Counted from the stretch's first letter, positions 1 through 9,093 are shown. The stretch: 64,000 nt of DNA from Candidatus Pacearchaeota archaeon (GCA_038874355.1 JAVZCO010000001.1:159295-223294), one strand, 5' to 3'. Notes: generated by a model from the sequence alone, not told the origin. A program made the numbers and translations.

Positions 1-579
1 GAATTCTTCTTGCGATTCTTCTTGTGTTTCTCGTGTTGATTCTTCATTTTTAATAGGCGATTCTTTTGTTTTTTCTTTTATTTTTAGTGTAAAACTAATC
101 TCTGGGTATATCTCTTTTGTTCCATAAAAACCATATCCTTCTCCAAAACCTTCTATATTTGTGTTTTCTATATAGTAATTTCCTTCTTTAGGTTCTTCTT
201 TTATTAGTTCGCTTATTGGTATTATTTTTTCTTGTTCATTAAGCTTTATTTTTATAAAAGAATCTTTTGGAATTAATTCTCCTTCTTTTAAAATAATCTT
301 CAGATTTCCTTCAATTGTTTCATTTTCTTTATAAATTGGTTCTAATTTAACTATTGCTTTTCCGCTAATTTTAGGATGATATATAAAAGAATATATCATA
401 AATGAAATAAATAAAAATCCAAATAAGAAAAGAAGATAATTTTTTATTCTTTTTATTTTTTTTAAATCTTCTTTTTTTCCAATATATTTTTTCTTTATAT
501 CTTCTCCTTTTCTATAGCTTTCGTAATAATAAGGACCAAATACTTTATTCCCTCTTTTTATATATTTTTTATAAACCAT
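1..579 (-). CDS. partial CDS: N-terminal 193 codons of a membrane-anchored hypothetical protein, running off the window start
   Basis: My own minus-strand translation from the ATG at 579-577 stays open to position 1 (MVYKKYIKRGNKVFGPYYYESYRKGEDIKKKYIG...). One hydrophobic helix (YLLFLFGFLFISFMIYSFI). Absent from the ORF track because no stop lies in the window. Confidence 0.45.
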   Translation of the reverse strand, partial: MVYKKYIKRGNKVFGPYYYESYRKGEDIKKKYIGKKEDLKKIKRIKNYLLFLFGFLFISFMIYSFIYHPKISGKAIVKLEPIYKENETIEGNLKIILKEGELIPKDSFIKIKLNEQEKIIPISELIKEEPKEGNYYIENTNIEGFGEGYGFYGTKEIYPEISFTLKIKEKTKESPIKNEESTRETQEESQEEF

Positions 580-746
580 TCTATTTCTACTTATTAAATA
601 AATTGTATTTAAATATCTTTCTTTAGTTACTCTACAAAAATAAGATAAAGATCATAAAATAATTTATAACAATTATATTTTTATTTCCTTTTCAAAAAAG
701 AATTTTTAGTTACTCCACATTAATTATAATCTAAATTTATTATAAT

Positions 747-1973
747 CTAAAATAAAGTTTTTTGCTCTCCTTTCAATATAGCTTTTCCATAAACACCATC
801 ATAACCTGGAATAACTTTTATGTTTCCTATTCTATTATCAATTATAGCGTTAATTAATTTTTCTTCAAATTTATTTCTTAATAATTCTTCTTTGCTAACA
901 TTTAAAAGAACATTAAACTCATTTTCAAATTTATCTATTATCTCATTATAAATTTTCCAAACCTTATTAGAATTCATTTTAATTTCATATACTAGAGATA
1001 TTATTTCATGCAATGGCAAAACTTTAAAAAAAGGTTTTTTACTATGAAACATATAGCTATCTTGGTCTGCTAATTGCAAAGTTCTGTTTTCTACTCCTAT
1101 AGTTAGTTCTTTATTGCATTTAGGGCATATATTATTTAATTCTTTTGTTATCTCTGGGTTACAAGAAAAATTACAAAACCTATGACCATCATAATGATAT
1201 TTTCCATAAGCTGGATTAACTTCTATAGTTGCATATATATTATTATTTCTTATTTGTTCAATTAAATCTTTATAATTACTAATAGGATTAAAAATAGTAG
1301 CTTCTCTTCCTAAGCGCCAAGGCCAATAACTATGACTATCAGAAAAACTTAAAATTGTTTTTTTGTTTAAAAAAGAAAATTTCCATAACATCTCTGGATC
1401 AGCAGACATTCCTGTTTCAACTGCATAAATTTTATCTTCTTGTTCTTCAAAAGCTTCTTTTAAAGAATTAAATCCAGATTTGCTTCCAAAAATTCCAAAC
1501 CAAGGAGTCATACAATGTGCAGGAATTATTTCTATATCTTCAGATATACTTTTTATATCTTTAACAAAATCCTTACAAGAAATATTAAAAATCGGCCTTC
1601 CATCATAATCTCTTCTTCCTTTTTTATCTAAATACTTATTAATTTTATTAACTATTTCAAAATCAGGAGCTAATAAAACAAGATGGACTCTTCTTCCTTT
1701 ATTATCTTTACTATATACTAAAGAAATTTCTCCTGAGAATATAAATTTTATATTGCTATTTTTATCTTCCTTAGGAATTAAAAAACCATTTTCTTCATAT
1801 AGCTCATTTCTTATTTCTTCTAACCATTTATCATGTGTAAAATCTCCTGTTCCTAACAAATTTATTCCTTTTATTTTAGCCCATTTTACTAAGTTTTTAA
1901 TTGTTAAATCTTTACTTGTTGCTCTGCTATAACGTGAATGGATATGCAAGTCTGCTATTATTTTATCTTTCAT
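747..1973 (-). CDS. PHP-domain nuclease, endonuclease Q-like
   Basis: N-terminal PHP motifs DLHIHSRYSRA and GTGDFTH, plus a later zinc-ribbon CPKCNK. Size and architecture match the archaeal/Bacillus EndoQ family as I recall it. Confidence 0.55.
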   Translation of the reverse strand: MKDKIIADLHIHSRYSRATSKDLTIKNLVKWAKIKGINLLGTGDFTHDKWLEEIRNELYEENGFLIPKEDKNSNIKFIFSGEISLVYSKDNKGRRVHLVLLAPDFEIVNKINKYLDKKGRRDYDGRPIFNISCKDFVKDIKSISEDIEIIPAHCMTPWFGIFGSKSGFNSLKEAFEEQEDKIYAVETGMSADPEMLWKFSFLNKKTILSFSDSHSYWPWRLGREATIFNPISNYKDLIEQIRNNNIYATIEVNPAYGKYHYDGHRFCNFSCNPEITKELNNICPKCNKELTIGVENRTLQLADQDSYMFHSKKPFFKVLPLHEIISLVYEIKMNSNKVWKIYNEIIDKFENEFNVLLNVSKEELLRNKFEEKLINAIIDNRIGNIKVIPGYDGVYGKAILKGEQKTLF

Positions 1974-1988
1974 TTTTATCTCAAGAAG

Positions 1989-2002
1989 AAAAGATTTAAA
2001 AA
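1989..2002 (+). promoter_or_regulatory. BRE/TATA-like box for ndk
   Basis: AAAAGATTTAAAAA centred about 26 nt upstream of the ATG at 2023. The same consensus recurs at the same spacing before many genes in the window. Confidence 0.5.
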
Positions 2003-2022
2003 TGTAATCGATAATTTCTTAT

Positions 2023-2535
2023 ATGGCAATACAGCAATGTTTAGTTATAATAAAACCAGACGGATTAGTTAAAAGCTTAACAGGAAATATTCTTACTGCT
2101 TTATCTGAAACAAAATTAATTATTGTTGGAGCAAAAGTAATGAAAGTTTCTAAAGAACTAGCAGAAGAACATTATAAAAACTTAAAAGAAAAAAAACCAA
2201 ATGTCTTTGAACAAGCTGTTAAGTATTTAATGGGAGAATTTCATACAAAAAGAGTTTTAGCTCTTGTTTATCATGGAGAGAATGCAATAGAGAAAATAAG
2301 AAAAATCTGTGGTTCTACTAATCCAGAAGAAGCATCTCCTGATTCTATAAGAGGAAGATATGGAAGAATAAACAGTAAAACAGGTGTTTATGAAAATGTT
2401 ATTCATGCTTCTGAATCTGAAAAAGATGCAGAAAAAGAAATAAAATTATGGTTTAAACCAGAAGAACTTGTAGAAATAATTTATCCTGTTAAAGAAATAG
2501 AAATAAAAAATAGAAAAGAACTTATTTGGGCTTAA
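2023..2535 (+). CDS. ndk: nucleoside diphosphate kinase
   Basis: LVIIKPDG start, NPEEASPDSIRGRYG, and active-site region NVIHASES followed by EIKLWF. Confidence 0.85.
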   Translation: MAIQQCLVIIKPDGLVKSLTGNILTALSETKLIIVGAKVMKVSKELAEEHYKNLKEKKPNVFEQAVKYLMGEFHTKRVLALVYHGENAIEKIRKICGSTNPEEASPDSIRGRYGRINSKTGVYENVIHASESEKDAEKEIKLWFKPEELVEIIYPVKEIEIKNRKELIWA

Positions 2536-2726
2536 TAATATAAAAAAATTTATTTTTATTTTCTTTATAAAGATTTAATCATGATTGAATTTTTTTGGTT
2601 AGATGAGATAAAATTTAAATTCTTTAAAATAATTTTTTATTTTTGTTAGAGTTTAAAGATATTTTTATCATTGAAATAAATTTGTTATCGCATTTTTTAT
2701 TTTTTTAATGTATAATTAAAATATAC

Positions 2727-2743
2727 AAAGATTAAATTTATAA
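2727..2743 (+). promoter_or_regulatory. BRE/TATA-like box for the tRNA gene
   Basis: AAAGATTAAATTTATAA; the TATA centre lies about 32 nt upstream of the mature tRNA 5' end at 2771. Confidence 0.5.
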
Positions 2744-2770
2744 TAAATAATTTTATATTATAATAGAATA

Positions 2771-2876
2771 GCCCCTATAGTTTAATGGATAGAATACAAC
2801 CTTGCGGTGAGCGAGTTCAAAGAAAAGGAGAGCTCGCGAATAGGTTGGGATCGAGGTTCGACTCCTCGTAGGGGCA
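2771..2876 (+). tRNA. tRNA-Arg(GCG) with a roughly 34-nt intron at the canonical 37/38 position
   Basis: Hand-folded cloverleaf. Acceptor GCCCCTA/TAGGGGC, D-arm with GG, anticodon stem CAACC/GGTTG, loop TT-GCG-G...A, T-arm CGAGG-TTCGACT-CCTCG. The loop is interrupted at 2808-2841 by TGAGCGAG...CTCGCGAAT, which contains a GCGAG/CTCGC helix. No encoded CCA. A T-run follows. Confidence 0.8.
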
Positions 2877-2924
2877 TTTTTAGTTCATTTTTTAAAGTAA
2901 TTTTCTTTCTTCTTTAGTTATATT

Positions 2925-3206
2925 TTAAAACCATAAAATAAAAATTAACCAAAAGCTCTTCTATAATCAATTATATCAACAGAAGAAACATTCTTTATTT
3001 TCTTTATCATTTCTTCTACTAAATTTGTATCTTGTGACTCTGGCCAACTTATTGTAACAATTAAAGCTTTTAAACCAAAAGCAATCGGTTCTTCTTCAAA
3101 TTTTTCTAATTTCCCATTATTTTTTTTTATATTTTTTTCTATCTCTGATTTTATTAATTTTAGATCTACACTAGGATTCTCTGGCAAAACTTTAATTTTT
3201 AATAAT
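2925..3206. repeat. segmental duplication copy 1 (EF-1beta gene plus about 20 nt of 3' flank)
   Basis: 282 nt that match 6323-6604 except for about 3 substitutions. Aligned by eye. Confidence 0.85.
2945..3187 (-). CDS. elongation factor 1-beta paralog, 5'-truncated copy without an ATG (possible pseudogene)
   Basis: Protein almost identical to ORF 6343-6615 but lacks the MALT start. The only candidate start is TTG at 3187. The frame is preceded in phase by the radA stop codon. Confidence 0.45.
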   Translation of the reverse strand: MPENPSVDLKLIKSEIEKNIKKNNGKLEKFEEEPIAFGLKALIVTISWPESQDTNLVEEMIKKIKNVSSVDIIDYRRAFG

Positions 3207-3208
3207 TT

Positions 3209-4219
3209 TCAATCTTCTTCTTTTCCTGTATCGCTTATTCCGCTTTCTGATAAAAAGAAAATTGTTTCATTTTCTGGCAAATTAGGAGAATCTATCATTT
3301 TTGCTACTCTGCTTCCTCCTTTACCTCTTCTTAAATATATTCTGTAAGTAGAAGCGTGCCCTACAATATTACCACCAACAGCTGTTGTTGGGTCTCCAAA
3401 CATCATAGCAGGATTTGCCATTACCTGATTTGTAACATAAATCGCTATATTTGCTTGCTCTGCTAATTTCATTAAATTATGTAAGTATTTATTTAATTTT
3501 TGTTGTCTGTCTGCTAACATTCCTCTTCCAGAAAATTCTGCTCTAAAATGAGCTGTTAAGGAATCAATAACAATTAATTTTATTGGTTCTCCTTCTTTTA
3601 TCATTTCTCCTATTTTATCTAAAAGTAATATTTGATGATCACTATTAAAAGCTCTTGCAACAAAAATATTTTTTAAAACCTTATTTTCATCTGCATTAAT
3701 TGATTTTGCTAATTGTTTTATTCTTTCTGGCCTGAATGTTCCTTCTGTATCTATCCATACAGCTTTTCCATTAGCACCTCCTTTTTCTTTTGGCAGTTGG
3801 ACATTAACAGCTAATTGTAAACCTAACTGCGTTTTGCCAGAACCATAAGCTCCATAAGCTTCTGTTATTGCTTTTGTTTCTATTCCTTTACCTCCAAATA
3901 AGTTATCTAAATTCTTACTTCCGGTTGTTATATAACTTATATTTTCTCTTTTTTTAGCAAATTCTAATCCATCAACAAAACTTAAATTCATCATTTTTCT
4001 TGCTGCTTGAATTGCTTTTCTTGCAACAGCTTCTCCTATACCTGCTAATTCTGATAACTCTGATGGGGACATTACAGCCAAACCCATTAAGTCGTATATT
4101 CCAGCACTTTCTAATTTAGAAGCAACTGCCGGTCCAATTCCAGGTAAATCTGTAAGTTTTAATTCCTCTTTTTCCTCAGAAGAAATATTTTCTTTTTCCT
4201 CTTTTGATTCTTTAACCAT
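3209..4219 (-). CDS. radA: DNA repair and recombination protein RadA
   Basis: N-terminal HhH (LTDLPGIGPAVASKL), Walker A GAYGSGKTQ, Walker B LIVIDS, 336 aa. Confidence 0.95.
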   Translation of the reverse strand: MVKESKEEKENISSEEKEELKLTDLPGIGPAVASKLESAGIYDLMGLAVMSPSELSELAGIGEAVARKAIQAARKMMNLSFVDGLEFAKKRENISYITTGSKNLDNLFGGKGIETKAITEAYGAYGSGKTQLGLQLAVNVQLPKEKGGANGKAVWIDTEGTFRPERIKQLAKSINADENKVLKNIFVARAFNSDHQILLLDKIGEMIKEGEPIKLIVIDSLTAHFRAEFSGRGMLADRQQKLNKYLHNLMKLAEQANIAIYVTNQVMANPAMMFGDPTTAVGGNIVGHASTYRIYLRRGKGGSRVAKMIDSPNLPENETIFFLSESGISDTGKEED

Positions 4220-4237
4220 TTTTATACAAAAAAGATC

Positions 4238-4253
4238 TTTATTTATAAATATT
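4238..4253 (-). promoter_or_regulatory. BRE/TATA-like box for radA
   Basis: The minus strand reads ATATTTATAAATAAAG, centred about 27 nt upstream of the ATG at 4219. Confidence 0.45.
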
Positions 4254-4360
4254 ACTTATTTGCAAGATATATTTTACTTTATATCTAAAATAAGTTTTTT
4301 TATTTTATTACTTTTACAAAAAATTAAAATTCTTTTTTAGAATTCAATAATCTTTAATTA

Positions 4361-4375
4361 AAAAGATTTATATAA
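4361..4375 (+). promoter_or_regulatory. BRE/TATA-like box
   Basis: AAAAGATTTATATAA centred about 27 nt upstream of the ATG at 4396. Confidence 0.45.
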
Positions 4376-4395
4376 TAAAAAAAACATATAATTAT

Positions 4396-4734
4396 ATGGA
4401 AAAAAAAGAAAAAAATTTATTAGAAACTATTAATACAATTTCCTTTATTATATCCTTAATTTTTTTTATTATAATATTTGTAAGTTTGTTAGTTCCATTT
4501 TTTTATCCTAAAAGTTATATGTTCTTTAATAAAACTTTTCATAAAAATTTTCCTATTTTTTTTGTTATATTTATTATATCTTGTATTTTTTCTATAACTT
4601 TATGTAAAATTCAAATGAAAGAAATTAATTTAAGAAAAAAAATGAATAAGAAAAAGAATAAAATAATCCTAAAAATTTCTATTACAGAAATAATTTTGTT
4701 TATAATTCTTATTCTGCTATACTTTTTAAAATAA
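4396..4734 (+). CDS. small membrane protein, hypothetical
   Basis: Three hydrophobic helices. A consensus promoter lies at the right distance. No recognisable family. Confidence 0.4.
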   Translation: MEKKEKNLLETINTISFIISLIFFIIIFVSLLVPFFYPKSYMFFNKTFHKNFPIFFVIFIISCIFSITLCKIQMKEINLRKKMNKKKNKIILKISITEIILFIILILLYFLK

Positions 4735-4735
4735 A

Positions 4736-5206
4736 TTAATTAAAAAGGATAATAATTTTGAATATTACAATTAATATATCAAAAAATAAGAATATGAAAA
4801 ATAAAGATTTATCTATTAAAGAACCTGTTCTTATTTTCCATGAAGATTTTATTTTAGATGGCCAAAAGAATTTTATTCCTTCTGGTGTAAAAGAATCTAT
4901 TAATAAATGTATAGAATAACCAACAAAAAAAGATAATGCCAAAATTGGAAAAATAAAAATTAAAATAATAGTAACAAGCAAACAAAAAGTAAAACTATGT
5001 ATAAAATCCCTATGCTTAGTAAAAAATTGTATTGGTCTTGCCATCTTATTTTTTCCTATGATAGAATATCTTATGTCAATATCTGGTAAAATGCTTGAAA
5101 TTAAAGTAAAAAAGAAAAATATAAATTTATTAATATTATTTGAAATACTTCCTAATAACAATAATATAAAAAAAAGAGTTATTGTTAAATGAGTTTTAAA
5201 CATCAT
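4736..5206 (-). CDS. membrane-bound metal-dependent hydrolase-like protein (YdjM/DUF457-like)
   Basis: Polytopic, with LPDIDIR, HRDFIHS and HLLIDSFT motifs typical of that family as I recall it. Confidence 0.55.
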   Translation of the reverse strand: MMFKTHLTITLFFILLLLGSISNNINKFIFFFFTLISSILPDIDIRYSIIGKNKMARPIQFFTKHRDFIHSFTFCLLVTIILIFIFPILALSFFVGYSIHLLIDSFTPEGIKFFWPSKIKSSWKIRTGSLIDKSLFFIFLFFDILIVIFKIIILFN

Positions 5207-5318
5207 TTTTATAATAAAAGAAAGTGGTTTTTATAAAACTAACTAATAAGAAATGTGTTATAAAACAAGTATCTTTTATTTAAGATTTTTCTTAAGATAC
5301 AGTAAATTTATTTATTTC

Positions 5319-6272
5319 TTAAACGATTTCTTTACTTGATTCTAATTCTTGGATTAATAATTCGTTATCTATTTCTTTTAAGTCATTAATAATAAATTCT
5401 ATATTATTAAATAGTTTATTTTGTCTTACATTACCAAAAAAGATAAATTCTTTTCCTAATAAGATCTCTCTTTGATATAAAAAAGAAGATTCTAAATCTT
5501 TTAGGTTAGTCCCTAATTTTTCTATGTTGTCAGAAAAAACAATTGCTCTTATAACTTCTGTTCCATCATCTAAAATAATAGATAACAAAATTTTCTTTTC
5601 TGGTATAACTCTGCCATGTTCTTCACACATATATATCTCACCAGTAGATATAACCTTCTTTTTACATTCAGGGCATACTTCAAAAAATTTCGGTTCAAAT
5701 ATCTGAACTATAAATGCCCTAATCATAACATTTTCCCCTATTCTTAAATCAGATATATTTTTATTAACATATTGAACTTCTGTTCTTATATTTTCTATAT
5801 AATTATTACTCAGTTTTATTTCTGAAAAACCTGTAAGATGAATTTCGTTATTTCTTAAAGAAGCATTATTTATCTCTACAAAATCTCCTTCTTTTATTTC
5901 TCCTTTTTCTATTAAAGATATATGGTTTGTGTCCCATAAAACAACTTTTATATTAGACGTCTCGTCAGCTAAAACAAAATTAACAACTTTCCCTTCTCTA
6001 TTATTTTTTTTATATTCTTTTACAGGGAATAACTTAATAATCTTACCAAAAGTGTTTATTTTTTTCATTCCGGGTATTATTTCATTAATTTTGTATTTTT
6101 GTTTTTCAAAATTTACTCCAAGTTCTGCGCAAATTATTTGTAAAGCTCCTTCTCTAGAAATCAGACCAGATAATTTTGCTCTTTTTGCCTCTACTAATCT
6201 ATTAATTTCTTCTTCGCTTTTTCCACTTATTTCAGAAACTTTTTTTAAAATTCTGTAATAATCATTTATCAT
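5319..6272 (-). CDS. replication protein A-like ssDNA-binding protein (OB folds plus zinc ribbon)
   Basis: OB-fold signature VVNFVLADETSNIKVVLWD, a second OB region, and zinc ribbon CPECKKKV...CEEHG. Confidence 0.65.
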   Translation of the reverse strand: MINDYYRILKKVSEISGKSEEEINRLVEAKRAKLSGLISREGALQIICAELGVNFEKQKYKINEIIPGMKKINTFGKIIKLFPVKEYKKNNREGKVVNFVLADETSNIKVVLWDTNHISLIEKGEIKEGDFVEINNASLRNNEIHLTGFSEIKLSNNYIENIRTEVQYVNKNISDLRIGENVMIRAFIVQIFEPKFFEVCPECKKKVISTGEIYMCEEHGRVIPEKKILLSIILDDGTEVIRAIVFSDNIEKLGTNLKDLESSFLYQREILLGKEFIFFGNVRQNKLFNNIEFIINDLKEIDNELLIQELESSKEIV

Positions 6273-6322
6273 TAAACAAAAAAATTAATATAGTTTAAAA
6301 GTATTACTATATTATAAAAATA

Positions 6323-6604
6323 TTAAAACCATAAAATAAAAATTAACCAAAAGCTCTTCTATAATCAATTATATCAACAGAAGAAACATTCTTTATTTTC
6401 TTTATCATTTCTTCTACTAAATTTGTATCTTGTGACTCTGGCCAACTTATTGTAACAATTAAAGCTTTTAAACCAAAAGCAATCGGTTCTTCTTCAAATT
6501 TTTCTAATTTCCCATTATTTTTTTTTATATTTTTTTCTATCTCTAATTTTATTAATTTTAGATCTACACTAGGACTTTCTGGCAAAACTTTAATTTTTAA
6601 TAAT
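6323..6604. repeat. segmental duplication copy 2 (intact EF-1beta gene)
   Basis: See 2925-3206. Confidence 0.85.
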
Positions 6605-6615
6605 GTTAAGGCCAT
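6343..6615 (-). CDS. ef1b: translation elongation factor 1-beta (aEF-1beta)
   Basis: 90 aa. LPESPSVDL...EEEPIAFGLKAL...IIDYRRAFG is typical of archaeal EF-1beta. Has a proper ATG. Confidence 0.85.
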   Translation of the reverse strand: MALTLLKIKVLPESPSVDLKLIKLEIEKNIKKNNGKLEKFEEEPIAFGLKALIVTISWPESQDTNLVEEMIKKIKNVSSVDIIDYRRAFG

Positions 6616-6632
6616 ATTCTTTTATTATAAGC

Positions 6633-6645
6633 AGGATTTAAAAAG
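6633..6645 (+). promoter_or_regulatory. TATA-like box
   Basis: AGGATTTAAAAAG centred about 26 nt upstream of the ATG at 6666. Confidence 0.4.
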
Positions 6646-6665
6646 TTATTCATCTTATCTTTTTT

Positions 6666-7355
6666 ATGCTGAATAAGGAACAAGCACAACAAATAAAAAA
6701 ACAACTTTTCTCGCAAATAGAAAATTTAGATATTAATAAAGAAGATAAAGAGAAACTAAAGAATTATATCCTAAGTTTAGATGAAAAGGGTCTTGAAGAA
6801 TTTCTTATTCAAAATAATATGATAAAAAATGAAAATTTTGAAAAAAAGGGAGAGGAAAAGGAAATAAGAAGTATAAATAAAGAAATAAAAAAAGATTGTG
6901 TTTTTTGTTTAATTGTTGATAATTTAATTCCTTCTTATAAAATTGGGGAAAATAGATTAAGTTTAGCAACTTTAGAAATAAAACCAATTTCAAAAGGGCA
7001 TGTTATAATAATACCAAAAAAACATTTGAATGTGGATAAAATTCCAATTTCTGCTTTTTCTCTTGCAAAAGAAATAGCAAAAAGGATAAAGAAAAGACTA
7101 AAACCAAAAGAGATATCTATAAATACCTCCTCTTTTTCTAATCATGGAATAATAAATATTGTTCCTTTTTACGGAAATGAAACTGGTAAAAGATATGAAG
7201 CAAAAAAAGAAGAATTAGAAGAATTACAGAAAGTATTAACTCAATATAAAAATAAAGAGAAAACAAAAAGAGAAGACAAAAAGGAAGACAAAAAACTAGA
7301 AAAAGAAAAAAAATCAGAAAAAGAAATTTATAAATTTCCTAGAAGAATACCATAA
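6666..7355 (+). CDS. HIT-like domain protein with a degenerate histidine triad
   Basis: CVFCLIV...ISKGHVIIIPKKHL resembles the HIT fold. The position of HxHxH reads NHGIINIVP, which has only one His. K/E-rich N- and C-terminal extensions. Confidence 0.5.
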   Translation: MLNKEQAQQIKKQLFSQIENLDINKEDKEKLKNYILSLDEKGLEEFLIQNNMIKNENFEKKGEEKEIRSINKEIKKDCVFCLIVDNLIPSYKIGENRLSLATLEIKPISKGHVIIIPKKHLNVDKIPISAFSLAKEIAKRIKKRLKPKEISINTSSFSNHGIINIVPFYGNETGKRYEAKKEELEELQKVLTQYKNKEKTKREDKKEDKKLEKEKKSEKEIYKFPRRIP

Positions 7356-8159
7356 TATTAATGTAAAAATAAAAGCAAATAAGAAAGAGGGTGTAAATGG
7401 TATCCCTTGTTTTATTTTTACTTTCTTTTTATGTTTCTTTAATAATTCTATTTCTTCTTTTGTTAAACCTTCCCAATTCGGTTTTATTATTTTTTTATTT
7501 ATACTTATTTCTTCATAAAGCCAATCTCCTTCTGTTAAATTTTTTGTTTCTATTTCCTTTACCATAAGTTCTTCTAGAGATTTTGAATAAATATAAATTA
7601 AAGGAAAAATTATAAATAAAAAAGAAAAAAAAGAAAAGAATATTTCATTTATAAATAAAGAAAAAATGAAGAGAATTAAAGCAAGAATAATTGAAAAAAT
7701 AAAAATAAACTTTCTTTTTTCCAAGTCTTTTTTGAAAAAGAAAAAAAATTTTTTCTTATTGCTATAAATTATAAAAAAACTATAAATAAATCCGTAAATT
7801 CCTCCAAAAAGTAATAAAGACAGAATAAAAATAGAAAATATTTTTATGTTTTCTTTAAAGTATAAAGAAAATGGTAAAATTGTTCCTAGTGCTATAAGCA
7901 ATTTAGCATCACCGCCAGCAAATATTCTTGAATAATAAAAAATATTTCCTAAAACTAAAAATATAAATAAACCAATTACCCCATATAAAAAAAATCTCCA
8001 TTCATCAAAAAATAAAGAATAAAATAACCTATAAGTAAGAGCAAAAATTATTAAAGAAAAATTAATCCAATTTTCTACTTCTCTTTTTTTAATATCTTGT
8101 ATTATAGCCAAAATAATCCAAATGAATGCTAACAATATTAAAAAAAAATTCTTATCCAT
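7314..8159 (-). CDS. A24-family prepilin/preflagellin peptidase (PibD/FlaK-like)
   Basis: Polytopic. First catalytic Asp in IQDIKKREV, second in AGGDAKLLIALG (GxGD-type). GIPFTPSF near the C-terminus. Confidence 0.75.
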   Translation of the reverse strand: MDKNFFLILLAFIWIILAIIQDIKKREVENWINFSLIIFALTYRLFYSLFFDEWRFFLYGVIGLFIFLVLGNIFYYSRIFAGGDAKLLIALGTILPFSLYFKENIKIFSIFILSLLLFGGIYGFIYSFFIIYSNKKKFFFFFKKDLEKRKFIFIFSIILALILFIFSLFINEIFFSFFSFLFIIFPLIYIYSKSLEELMVKEIETKNLTEGDWLYEEISINKKIIKPNWEGLTKEEIELLKKHKKKVKIKQGIPFTPSFLFAFIFTLILWYSSRKFINFFF

Positions 8160-8581
8160 ATTTTATTTAATTTTGAATAATTTATAAATTATTCTGATTA
8201 TCTTTTGTTGCAAAAAAATGTTATTTATTCTTTAAGTTTTCTACTTTTTTCAAATACAATTTAATTAACAAAATAAAAAAATTTATTTTTTAAATAAGTT
8301 TTAAAATTTTTATTTTCCTTGTTCTTTTAATTTTTTATTTGAGAAAAAATATTTTTATTTATAAACGTATATTTCTTAAAGAAGTTATTATGTCTTATTT
8401 TATTAATTAATTTTTTCTCTTGTTCTTTCTTTTCCACCTCTTTTGTAAGGATGTCTCTTTTTTTCTTTGAATTTATCCTTTTTCTTTTTTCTTTTTTCAT
8501 AATAGCCATATTCCATTTTTTAAATTTTTATATAGAAAATTTATAAGAATCCCATTTTTAATTTATTTTTTAATGATCTTT

Positions 8582-9004
8582 TTAAGTAGGACAACTAATT
8601 ATATTTGGGCATTCTGTTAGAAGATTCATTAATTCGTCATCAATATTAACAAGTTGTTTATTTTCTATTTTTTTATTTTTACTCCAAGATTCACAAGTAA
8701 CTATAACAGATTTCATATTTCCTTCTTTTTCCCCTTCTTCTGGGGTTAATATTTTAAAATTTATTTTTCTTTCTTGTTTACACCATCCGTTTATGTTCCC
8801 TAAGGAATTACATGCAATTTCACATCCACTTTTTACATTATTTATGTTTTCGCTATAAAAAATATTTTTAAACCAATCACCTAAATTAAGAGTCCCTTTA
8901 CCTAAATATATTATAACAATGGCAACTATTACTAAAGCAAGAATTAATCCGATCACAATCCAAATCATATTTGCATCTGCTTTCTTTTTTCCTCTTTTTA
9001 TCAT
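8582..9004 (-). CDS. pilin-like secreted Cys-rich protein (class III signal peptide-like)
   Basis: N-terminus MIKRGKKKA/DANMIWIVIGLILALVIVAIVII (basic, K-A-D-A, then about 20 hydrophobic residues). Confidence 0.5.
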   Translation of the reverse strand: MIKRGKKKADANMIWIVIGLILALVIVAIVIIYLGKGTLNLGDWFKNIFYSENINNVKSGCEIACNSLGNINGWCKQERKINFKILTPEEGEKEGNMKSVIVTCESWSKNKKIENKQLVNIDDELMNLLTECPNIISCPT

Positions 9005-9053
9005 AAGATAATAATATTTTTTTTATTTATAAATGTTATGTTTTTATCTTTCA

Positions 9054-9072
9054 AAAAGATTAAATTTATAAA
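9054..9072 (+). promoter_or_regulatory. BRE/TATA-like box
   Basis: AAAAGATTAAATTTATAAA; the TATA centre lies about 25 nt upstream of the ATG at 9094. Confidence 0.45.
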
Positions 9073-9093
9073 TTATTATTAGTTTTTTAAACC

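Noticed and set aside
2578-2640. Possible C/D-box sRNA (ATGATTGA ... GATGAG) in the ndk-tRNA spacer.
   Set aside because: No proper RUGAUGA C box paired with a CUGA D box, and no terminal stem.
3209-4219. A RadA-EF1beta fusion protein as an annotated feature.
   Set aside because: It would require TGA readthrough, and the window gives no evidence for recoding: no other in-frame TGA appears in conserved genes. Kept only as a low-interest note.
8327-8509. 60-aa very K-rich ORF in the gap between a pilin-like gene and the prepilin peptidase.
   Set aside because: No motif, extreme composition, and no promoter or SD at the usual spacing. It cannot be supported from sequence alone.
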